Of a stretch of 64,000 nt of DNA, positions 8,574 to 16,272 are shown one piece after another. The stretch lies in the IMG/VR virus record IMGVR_UViG_3300008259_000347, positions 1-64,000 of that record. The stretch is one strand, 5' to 3'. Both the position numbers and the translations under genes were made by a program. The number at the start of each line of letters is the position of its first letter. The stretch's first letter is position 1. The DNA comes from a virus. The notes beneath the pieces are model-generated. The model was not told where the DNA came from and ran no database searches. It was given only the letters and a program-made list of their open reading frames with translations.

Positions 8574-9986
8574 TTATCGTGTTTTAATAAGCATCTTAAC
8601 TTCTGAATCGTAATTGACTCCAGGTTTTAAAGGAATGGCATCAAAAGGATTAGGCTTGCCTGTGTCCCTGGCTTGTGTAATAGCATACTGTACTTTAGGA
8701 ATTCTAAGTGTGGTTGGATCGTTAATTAAATAACCGTCTCGGTCTGTGACTGAAACTCCGCCAACACTGATCATCTTAGCATCTCGAGCAGCTCTTTCTT
8801 TTTCTTCTTTGTCTTTTAATTCTTTGTCAGGTTTTTGACTTCCACCACCAGGCTGTAGCTTATCTGATAGTGCTGGTAAGTTAATACCAAACTTAGCTGC
8901 TAATTCTCGTAATCCGTTATAGGCTATTCTTAATCCTGCTAGAACTTTGTCAGTAATCCAGCCTGTGACAGAGAACAACATCTGCACAGCCCATGCTTGT
9001 TGGAAGTCTTTGCCTTCTTTAGTAGTCTCTAACCAAGTGATAATAGCAGTTCTTCCTGCTATACCTCCAGGTCCTTTGCCAGCTACTAGATTCATTAAAC
9101 GTGCGCCAGCATTTAATATACCCATGCTAGCTGCTACAGCGCCGCCGCCTGCTATACCTGTAGCTGTGCCTGTTTTCATTGCTGCGATTCCAGCCATAGC
9201 AGCTTTACCTGAAGCGAACTTAAAGAACGCTGGAGCAAACCCTGTGGATGTTACGATACCAATGGTGGCTTTGCCTAGTAATGTATTACGCTCTGAATCA
9301 AACTTAGCTTCAGCATCACTATATGTCATGTCAGCAAAACGATTAGGCATCTTTAAAGGAGTGTTGTTCTTAGTGCTATTAACCCAATCTTCCCATTCCT
9401 TTTCTAATACGCCAATATTAGTATAATAATCTTGAATGTAGTAAGCACTGCCGCCAATGTTAACTACCCAATTATACACACTGCCTATTTCTTTTAATTT
9501 CAAACCTGCTTTAAACTTAGATTTTGCTAGATTTTTAGCCAATTCAGATTTAGGATAATCTATTTTTGCCTGTTTAAGTCGTTGTCTGTAGTCTTGATTA
9601 AATTTAGCAGGCTTTTTCTTAGTCCATAAGTCACTGACTTTAGCATTAAGCCATTTACCGCCTTTGGTCAATGCTGCTCGCGTAAATTTATTTTTACGCA
9701 TCAATTTTACTACAATAGGTCTACCTAATTTTGCTACTCCAGGAATAGCCAACAGCATCACATCGATGAAAAGATCATTCCATTCTTCTTCGCTGATTTT
9801 GCTAGGATCTTCGTTGTACTTGCCAATGAATTTAATCAAGTCAGCAAAACTCATAGCAGCCAATACCACACTGATAGCTGTTATAACTCCACCTACACTT
9901 AGTCCAGCTATAAGGGGAAGAGCTTCATCAAGACGTTCTTCCTCAATAGGATAATATTTTTCAGCGACAATTTCATATATTTTCAT
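8574..9986 (-). CDS. Putative internal virion/ejection protein with hydrophobic helices
   Basis: N-terminus MKIYEIVAE resembles the T4 capsid-targeting sequence. Several Gly/Ala-rich hydrophobic segments. TAAATA lies 7 nt before the ATG. Confidence 0.5.
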   Translation of the reverse strand: MKIYEIVAEKYYPIEEERLDEALPLIAGLSVGGVITAISVVLAAMSFADLIKFIGKYNEDPSKISEEEWNDLFIDVMLLAIPGVAKLGRPIVVKLMRKNKFTRAALTKGGKWLNAKVSDLWTKKKPAKFNQDYRQRLKQAKIDYPKSELAKNLAKSKFKAGLKLKEIGSVYNWVVNIGGSAYYIQDYYTNIGVLEKEWEDWVNSTKNNTPLKMPNRFADMTYSDAEAKFDSERNTLLGKATIGIVTSTGFAPAFFKFASGKAAMAGIAAMKTGTATGIAGGGAVAASMGILNAGARLMNLVAGKGPGGIAGRTAIITWLETTKEGKDFQQAWAVQMLFSVTGWITDKVLAGLRIAYNGLRELAAKFGINLPALSDKLQPGGGSQKPDKELKDKEEKERAARDAKMISVGGVSVTDRDGYLINDPTTLRIPKVQYAITQARDTGKPNPFDAIPLKPGVNYDSEVKMLIKTR

Positions 9987-10003
9987 AACTTAGTATTTAT
10001 TAG

Positions 10004-10087
10004 AGTTGAACTACGTTCAACTGCTCTTCGCTTGAGCTCGAGCATTTGCATAGATATAATTAGTGCGAAGCACTTAGATATTATCTA
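10004..10087. repeat. Cluster of short perfect inverted repeats with GNA triloops
   Basis: AGTTGAAC-TAC-GTTCAACT at 10004-10022 (loop reads GTA on -) and AGTGC-GAA-GCACT at 10062-10074, nested in TAGATA/TATCTA. Confidence 0.75.
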
Positions 10088-10090
10088 GAT

Positions 10091-10429
10091 TGTTCAGTCA
10101 CTCTTCGCCCGTTGCCAGGCGAAAAAAAGACATTATCTGAGTTGAACATTGTCACTTAGCGTTACAGCGTTACAGAGGCGGTCGTCCGGTACCTCGAGCT
10201 GCGTCTTCATACGACGGCGGCACACAAATATACGCTAACACACTTGTGTACGTGCAGGTTTTGCCTGCTCATTTTGCCTTTTATCCTTTTCAAACAACCA
10301 AATCGCAGGACTTACAAGCGATCTTCATCCAATTGGGTAGTGGTTGAGTACTCTTAACGGCAAGAGATTTCCGTCCCTGCGACCCGAGGTCCAGGTATAA
10401 GGGCGCACGAATTTAGCCTGCGCCAGCTG
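10091..10429 (-). ncRNA. Candidate large structured non-coding RNA, family not recognised
   Basis: GC-enriched non-coding gap with about ten helices, G-U pairs that work only on the minus strand, a GCAA tetraloop and a 6-nt loop pseudoknot. Confidence 0.7.
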
Positions 10430-10867
10430 TTAACCGTTTAACTGTTTGCCTTTGATGTGTGAGCCATGGACACGAACACTGATCTGACCATTGTAATATT
10501 CGTCAGATTCTAGTACTCGCCGTGTGAATTGTTCTCTTGCCTCAATGTAACTGCACTCTGCTTTGCTTTTACAATAATAAAGTATCTCTCTGTGAAATTT
10601 TTCTGTGCCTAATTGTGTTACATCTTTGTTGAGTTCGTCGTTGGAGCCGTAGTATGTTTGCCAGTCGGAATCTATTTTTGACTTAATTCGTTTCTTTTTC
10701 TTTGTGCCGTTTTTTAATTTGACTACTCGATATGTGGTTTTTGAAAATTTTGCCAGTTTTTTGCCTATATACATGCGTCCGCTGACTGTATTAGTGATAA
10801 GATATACAAATCCAATACAGTCTTCAGGAAGTTCCGTTATCAGTTGATTCTGGTGGTGCCACGACAT
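10430..10867 (-). CDS. Stand-alone GIY-YIG endonuclease (Seg-like catalytic domain)
   Basis: GFVYLITN...GRMYIGKK, SDWQTYYGS, REIL, catalytic E in YIEAREQ, and YYN. There is no C-terminal DNA-binding module. Confidence 0.85.
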   Translation of the reverse strand: MSWHHQNQLITELPEDCIGFVYLITNTVSGRMYIGKKLAKFSKTTYRVVKLKNGTKKKKRIKSKIDSDWQTYYGSNDELNKDVTQLGTEKFHREILYYCKSKAECSYIEAREQFTRRVLESDEYYNGQISVRVHGSHIKGKQLNG

Positions 10868-11114
10868 CAACTTGTTTAGTCTTTTTTAATTCTGCCTTGC
10901 GTCGATTTGATTCAAAGTACTTTGGACTGCTTTGACTGGGCTTTTGTTTCCTGATTTCTAATATTTCTGCCCGTCGTTGACGTGCCACAATTCGTATGTC
11001 TGCTAACAAATTGCGACACTTAATGCCAGCAACATGTGTTTGTTTATTTTCCCAATCTTGATTGTACTTAAAATACTCTCTAAATAGAGCCATTAACTGT
11101 TCATGTGTGTCCAT
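10824..11114 (-). CDS. Small basic helical protein, histone H1-like Hc1 family resemblance
   Basis: WENKQTHVAGIKCRNLLADIRIVARQRRAEI resembles the Hc1 pattern (KGNKAAGxRARKxxxEL). Basic tail. Confidence 0.5.
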   Translation of the reverse strand: MDTHEQLMALFREYFKYNQDWENKQTHVAGIKCRNLLADIRIVARQRRAEILEIRKQKPSQSSPKYFESNRRKAELKKTKQVDVVAPPESTDNGTS

Positions 11115-12892
11115 TATTGTATAATATCTAAGTCTGTGCTGTAACTAGTGAAGCCATTTTCCTTAATTACTTTAAGAACATTGTTTACTCTACCAATTAA
11201 TTCGTCTTTGTGACTGATCAAATAGATATTCTTATTACGTTCACGTGCCATTTTCTTTAATACACCCAGGGCATTTTCAACTCCGCTGGCATCTAAGCCG
11301 TTATCTATAAGTTCGTCTACAAATAACAAGTTTATGTTCTGGTATAAGCTTTCCCATACATCTCTAAATGCCCAGCTTAGTCCTAGTATCAGTCTGTTAC
11401 GTTCACCTCTACTAAGATTATCAAAGTCTAAGTCTTGTCCCAACTGTGTGATCTCTACATTTAAGTCGTTTAGGAATGTAACTTGATGAGGCAACCCCAT
11501 TTTGTCAAGGTAATATGTCAGTCTACTGTTCAAATAATTTAGATTTTGATCTATAATTTTCTTTCTTATAAAACTGTCTTTGTTAGTTAACAGTTTTAAC
11601 AAGAATTCTTGATGATCTTTTAATAAGGATAACTCGTTTACAATATCCCAGTTTATTTCTTGTAGTGCTGTGTTCTGTAGTTCTTCTATTTGATCTGTAT
11701 AAGGATCTGTTTCTTGTTGTCGTTTACCCAAGGCTTCTTCTAAGCTGTTTAGATTGTTCTGATGACGCAATGCTTCTTCTAAACTATCATAGAAAGTTTG
11801 AGGTCTGCCATTAATATCGCCAATGCTTTCTAGTTCTTCTATTATAGTAGCATAGCTATCACTGACTCCTTGTAAGAAAATATACGCATCATCTAGGTTC
11901 TTCTTGGCTACAGAACTCATTTCTTCGTGTTTATCTGTGTGAAGTCCTTGTTCGCAAGCAGGGCATTTGTTATCAGCAAGTTTATCCAACTCTTTCTTAT
12001 ATTTGTTAACTGTTTTGTCGGCCTGCATTACACTAGTTTCTAATGTAGCTTTTTGTTTGTTTAAATTCTTTATTTTTTCGCTTTGATCATTGTAGGTTTT
12101 TAACTTTGCGTGTTGTTCTAACTCTCGTTCAATATCAACAGACTGTAATTCTATAATCTTTTCAGCAAGTTTTAAACAGTCTGTTTCTCGTTGTGTAAAC
12201 CACGCACTCTTTTTAACTTCTAAACTATCGATACTTTGCTGTATTTTTTCATTACTTTTCTTTGCTGCTTCGATATTAGCAGATTCCTGTTGTATTTGAT
12301 CTCTAGTTAGTTTAACTTGTTCTTTTAATGTTTCTGCTTTCTCACTTAGAAGGGTAATTCCTAGTAGCTGTTCGATGATTTCTCGTTGATCATTGGCTCG
12401 CATACTTAAAAAAGGCTCTGTGTAAGTGTTCAAGGCAACAATGTGCTTGAACATATCGTGACTCATACCTAATAGTTCAGCTAGATCCTTTTGTGTTTCT
12501 CTAACATCCCCTTGACTATCATCGATTTCGGAATCTTCTTGGACGACATCGTTAACATAAAATTTTAAAACATTAGGTTTTCGTCCTCTTTCTATACGGT
12601 AATTTGCCCCGTCTCTTTCAAAAGATAACGTGACCAACATGTTTTTATTGTTGATCTTGTTAATCAGATTATCTTTTTTAATATTAGTCAATGCTTGACC
12701 AAATAGTCCATAACTTAAAGCATTTACTATTGTAGTTTTGCCCGTACCGTTGCGACTTCCGCTGTCGTCGCCACCCATGTCTAGATTTTCTCCTAGTACA
12801 AGTGTTAACTGTTCTCGTTCAAAATCTACTGCTTGAGTTTGGTTACCCACACTCATAAAGTTTTTTACTGTTAGTGTTTTTAATCTGATCAT
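11114..12892 (-). CDS. gp46: Rad50/SbcC-like recombination ATPase
   Basis: KNFMSVGN, Walker A NGTGKT, CPAC zinc hook, LSRGE signature, LLFVDE Walker B and ISH. Confidence 0.96.
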   Translation of the reverse strand: MIRLKTLTVKNFMSVGNQTQAVDFEREQLTLVLGENLDMGGDDSGSRNGTGKTTIVNALSYGLFGQALTNIKKDNLINKINNKNMLVTLSFERDGANYRIERGRKPNVLKFYVNDVVQEDSEIDDSQGDVRETQKDLAELLGMSHDMFKHIVALNTYTEPFLSMRANDQREIIEQLLGITLLSEKAETLKEQVKLTRDQIQQESANIEAAKKSNEKIQQSIDSLEVKKSAWFTQRETDCLKLAEKIIELQSVDIERELEQHAKLKTYNDQSEKIKNLNKQKATLETSVMQADKTVNKYKKELDKLADNKCPACEQGLHTDKHEEMSSVAKKNLDDAYIFLQGVSDSYATIIEELESIGDINGRPQTFYDSLEEALRHQNNLNSLEEALGKRQQETDPYTDQIEELQNTALQEINWDIVNELSLLKDHQEFLLKLLTNKDSFIRKKIIDQNLNYLNSRLTYYLDKMGLPHQVTFLNDLNVEITQLGQDLDFDNLSRGERNRLILGLSWAFRDVWESLYQNINLLFVDELIDNGLDASGVENALGVLKKMARERNKNIYLISHKDELIGRVNNVLKVIKENGFTSYSTDLDIIQ

Positions 12893-13899
12893 AAGTTATT
12901 GTATATTGAAAGTAAAACCTTTTTATCATAAGTATCGCTGTCTATGTTGACTAATTGATTAGTTACGATTTGATCTACACTTTCAAAGTCTTGTATTTCA
13001 ATTGTGCTGGTAATCTCTGTTTCTTTTTTTTCTGGAATTAGGGTAAGTTCTCTAATAGGATAATCCCCCATAAATTTTTCTTTAATAAAATTTGCTTCCT
13101 CGTAACTGATATCAATGTCTAAGCTGACTCTGAGATGTGCCTTAGGTAGTATAATACTATCAGCACGATCAATCAACTCGCTTAACTTAGCTGTTCTATA
13201 TGTAGGTTGATCGGGCCAAGTATGATATTCTGGTTTCTTACCCCATTCTAAAATCATCATTCCTCGGTCATTGTCCCAGTTATCGGAATAATTGTGTGGA
13301 AAACAATTACCAATATAAACCATATTGCCTTTTTGTTGACGTTTATGAAAGTGACCGCTAAAGCCAAGCTCGTAATTTGCGAAATGATTTAGTTGTATTT
13401 CTCCATGATCCGGCATCTGTACCATGGCATTCATGTAAAAACTAGGTAATTCAAAATGCCCAAACACATACTGTCCGCTTTGTTTGGCAATGCTTTTCCA
13501 TTCGTCACCGATTAGCCAAGGACATAGTGTGACTTCGTCTATAGTAATAGGATGATGTACTACAGTGACACCTGGAATGTATTTTCCAAACTCTACACTA
13601 TGGATATCCCGTTTATCTTTGTAATAAAGATCGTGATTACCAGGGAAAAAATAAAATTGATCAAAAGCTTTACCCAATTTTTCAAGGGCTCTAAGGCTAT
13701 AATCCATCGTAGTGATATTAAGGCTGTTGCGATTGTGATGCCAATCACCGAGAAAAATTCCAGTATCACACCCTTCCTCCTTTGCTTTAGTAATATACCA
13801 GTCTACAAAATCTTCACAGTCTTGATTATGAACACCGCTGTTAGATTTAAGACCAAAGTGTATGTCTGTTAAACAAGCTACTTTTTTAAAAAGGCCCAT
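12889..13899 (-). CDS. gp47: Mre11/SbcD-like recombination nuclease
   Basis: Metallophosphoesterase motifs TDIHFG, LGDWHH, GNHD, GHFE and SGHFH. Confidence 0.96.
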   Translation of the reverse strand: MGLFKKVACLTDIHFGLKSNSGVHNQDCEDFVDWYITKAKEEGCDTGIFLGDWHHNRNSLNITTMDYSLRALEKLGKAFDQFYFFPGNHDLYYKDKRDIHSVEFGKYIPGVTVVHHPITIDEVTLCPWLIGDEWKSIAKQSGQYVFGHFELPSFYMNAMVQMPDHGEIQLNHFANYELGFSGHFHKRQQKGNMVYIGNCFPHNYSDNWDNDRGMMILEWGKKPEYHTWPDQPTYRTAKLSELIDRADSIILPKAHLRVSLDIDISYEEANFIKEKFMGDYPIRELTLIPEKKETEITSTIEIQDFESVDQIVTNQLVNIDSDTYDKKVLLSIYNNL

Positions 13900-14044
13900 A
13901 AATGTCCTTACCTATAATTTTTTGTATGTCTGTCATCATCGAATCCTCCATTTGACAAATCCAATTGTCTTGTTCAGTCATTCTAGTAAAAAGTAACTTT
14001 AGAAAATGTCCTTCAGGTAGCTTTACTGTAACGTATTTGATCAT
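13886..14044 (-). CDS. 52-aa hypothetical protein between gp55 and gp47
   Basis: MIKYVTVKLPEGHFLKLLFTRMTEQDNWICQMEDSMMTDIQKIIGKDIYGPF. It has an ATGA overlap with the gp55 stop and its end overlaps the gp47 start. Confidence 0.55.
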   Translation of the reverse strand: MIKYVTVKLPEGHFLKLLFTRMTEQDNWICQMEDSMMTDIQKIIGKDIYGPF

Positions 14045-14862
14045 TCGTCGTAACCTTCATTCCTTTTTAAGGCAGCAGAATACTCTCCTTGCCCAGTTCT
14101 ACTATAACTAGGATTCATTCCGTTTATTTCCAAGAGATCATCTCTAATAACTTGGTTACGCTTTTCAATGTTGATGATTCTAACAAAACTATTAGTAACA
14201 GCAGCAGTAAAATAAGCAAACGGATTATCTGATTTTGATTCATCGAATTGTAGTCCTATCTGTGTTAGTTGTAAAATAGCCTGTCCCCGCATTTCGTCGT
14301 TGTATGTGTATCCTCTAACATTACCTCTAGTTGCGTATCTTTCACACAATTTAATATACATGCGAGCAAGCGTGTTAGTAATTTGCCCATGATCCTTGTT
14401 GAATTTGCCTTTTTCTAAGCCACCTTTCCAATGGCTTTTCCCTACACATACAAGCACATCGTTTTCATCAAACTTCCAATGTTGGAAAGGCGGAAAATTT
14501 ACCTTATCTCTACCATCAGCAATAGTTTTAGGATTCTTTTTTCGTGTAGTATTTGTAGGAATATGATCAAAGGTCATAATCCTGAAAACTAAATCTGTTT
14601 TAGGAATCTTTTTATAATCAATTTCGCACTCTGCTAGTTTCACTTTCTCGCCAGATGATTTACGTTCTTCGTAAATTTTTTGACTTAGGCGTTTAGCTTG
14701 TGCTCGTTTAGCTTCGGCTATGGTTCGAATATTAATTTTATCTACATTAGGTAAAATTAGGTCATACCTATGATATTCTGGTTTGGTAAACGAACAGTAT
14801 GTATTTTTGGATTTGTGTATTTCTTCTAATAAGTCTTTGTTGTTTAAGTAATTAACTTTCAT
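14041..14862 (-). CDS. gp55: Late-transcription sigma factor (T4 gp55-like) with a large insertion
   Basis: NYLNNKDLL, GYTYNDEM and FDESKSDNPFAYFT match gp55. The start is moved to ATG 14862 (AAGGA RBS). It lies upstream of 47/46 as in T4. Confidence 0.9.
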   Translation of the reverse strand: MKVNYLNNKDLLEEIHKSKNTYCSFTKPEYHRYDLILPNVDKINIRTIAEAKRAQAKRLSQKIYEERKSSGEKVKLAECEIDYKKIPKTDLVFRIMTFDHIPTNTTRKKNPKTIADGRDKVNFPPFQHWKFDENDVLVCVGKSHWKGGLEKGKFNKDHGQITNTLARMYIKLCERYATRGNVRGYTYNDEMRGQAILQLTQIGLQFDESKSDNPFAYFTAAVTNSFVRIINIEKRNQVIRDDLLEINGMNPSYSRTGQGEYSAALKRNEGYDE

Positions 14863-14882
14863 GTAATGATCCTTGTTGTAAT

Positions 14883-14911
14883 ATTGTAAACTACGCACTT
14901 TATTTTGTCAA
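14883..14911 (-). promoter_or_regulatory. Sigma70-type promoter for the gp55-47-46 operon
   Basis: TTGACA (14911-14906), a 17-nt spacer, then TACAAT (14888-14883). Confidence 0.8.
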
Positions 14912-14918
14912 CTAAATA
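14892..14918 (+). promoter_or_regulatory. Bipartite late promoter TACGCA-N15-TAAATA (copy 1)
   Basis: TACGCACTTTATTTTGTCAACTAAATA, upstream of the baseplate operon. Confidence 0.65.
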
Positions 14919-14937
14919 ATGAATAAAGGAAACCAAA

Positions 14938-15972
14938 ATGGCAAATTTGTTTGATACATTGAAAAACGGTGCGACCACAGTAGTTAAAAATCTTAATGGA
15001 CCAGGATCTGGTGCTAACAATCTAGGTTCTGCTCTAGGCACTGCCGGAAGCTTATCAGGCATTTTAAATGGGCTATCTGATCCTAATAAATTACTGTCAA
15101 GTCTACGAAGTTTTAACCTTCCATTGGGAGGTAACACATTCAAACCTATGGGTAGTACAGGTGTAACTTGGGCAGGCACAGCAGCAGATAAAGATTGGCG
15201 TGTAAGACTTAGTTTACCCAATATTAGTTCTTTTAAAAGTAGTTACGTTCTGAAACCATTAGTTGCCGCAGGAGGTATGATATTTCCATATACTCCTGGC
15301 ATCAGTATTTCTCATAATGCTGGTTACGATGAACAATCGATAACACATAACAATTACCAGTTCATCACTTATCAAAATAGTAAAGTTGATAGGATCTCTA
15401 TCAACGCACCTTTTTTTGTAGAAGATGCTGTACAGGCACAATACTGGCTAGCTGCTGTTCATTACTTTAGATCAATGACCAAAATGTTTTCCGGAGCAGG
15501 CAATGGCGCAGAACAAGGCAATCCTCCTCCGATAGTGTATTTAAACGGTTACGGAGATTTTGTTTTTAAAAATATTCCTGTTGTGGTTAGTAGTTTTCAA
15601 GTCGAGCTAAGTGCTGATACAAATTATATTTCAACCAGTATGAGTAAAGATGTTTCAAGACCGGCTGGCTCTCCAGCTGCCGCACCTGTAGCACAGTCTG
15701 GAGGTTGGTTAAGTCTAGCTGGCGCAGCCTTACAAGCAGGCGGTCTTCAAAATGCTGGAGCATTTATCAGCGGATTAGATAATAAAAATAAAAGTGGCTC
15801 ACCAGGACAACAGCAACAAATACAAGCTATGAACGGTGATAGTCATGTACCAGTGAAAAGCACATTTCAAATTTCTCTTCAGCCTATATATAGTAGGCAA
15901 GCTATTAGAGAATTTAATTTACAAAGCTTTGTTCAAGGAGCTTATGTAAACAATCAAATAGGATATAATTAA
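14938..15972 (+). CDS. Tail-tube initiator / baseplate protein (gp48/gp54-like)
   Basis: DWRVRLSL, GMIFPYTP and GNPPPIVYLNGYG...NIPVVVSSF; precedes the gp53-like gene. Confidence 0.65.
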   Translation: MANLFDTLKNGATTVVKNLNGPGSGANNLGSALGTAGSLSGILNGLSDPNKLLSSLRSFNLPLGGNTFKPMGSTGVTWAGTAADKDWRVRLSLPNISSFKSSYVLKPLVAAGGMIFPYTPGISISHNAGYDEQSITHNNYQFITYQNSKVDRISINAPFFVEDAVQAQYWLAAVHYFRSMTKMFSGAGNGAEQGNPPPIVYLNGYGDFVFKNIPVVVSSFQVELSADTNYISTSMSKDVSRPAGSPAAAPVAQSGGWLSLAGAALQAGGLQNAGAFISGLDNKNKSGSPGQQQQIQAMNGDSHVPVKSTFQISLQPIYSRQAIREFNLQSFVQGAYVNNQIGYN

Positions 15973-16271
15973 TGGCTGTTTATAAACCTTCCAGTCCTTG
16001 GAAAGAAACTCCAATCGAAAACAATTATCTTACCGTGCTTAGGATACGTCCAGTAAGCGCAGAGCCTGATGATTTTTTATACACTATTGAACCTCAATAC
16101 ACTTATCGACCTGATTTGTTAGCCTACGATTTGTATGGTGATACAAAATTGTGGTGGGTATTCATTCAGAGAAATTTAGACGTATTACAAGATCCTGTTT
16201 ATGATTTTGTAGCAGGTACAAAAATTTATATTCCCAAGGGCGATAGTTTAAAAACTGTGTTAGGATTGTAA
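15972..16271 (+). CDS. gp53: Baseplate wedge LysM-like subunit (gp53-like)
   Basis: YRPDLLAYDLYGDTKLWWVF...GTKIYIP motif. Confidence 0.85.
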   Translation: MAVYKPSSPWKETPIENNYLTVLRIRPVSAEPDDFLYTIEPQYTYRPDLLAYDLYGDTKLWWVFIQRNLDVLQDPVYDFVAGTKIYIPKGDSLKTVLGL

Positions 16272-16272
16272 A

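Noticed and set aside
10091-10429. Group I/II intron, RNase P, tmRNA, tRNA, hammerhead or retron identity for the structured RNA
   Set aside because: I could not find the diagnostic cores (group I P7 R/S, group II domain V, RNase P GAGGAAAGUCC, T-loop GUUCRA cloverleaf, CUGAUGA/GAAA). No gene is interrupted and there is no reverse transcriptase in the window. An Rfam search is still needed.
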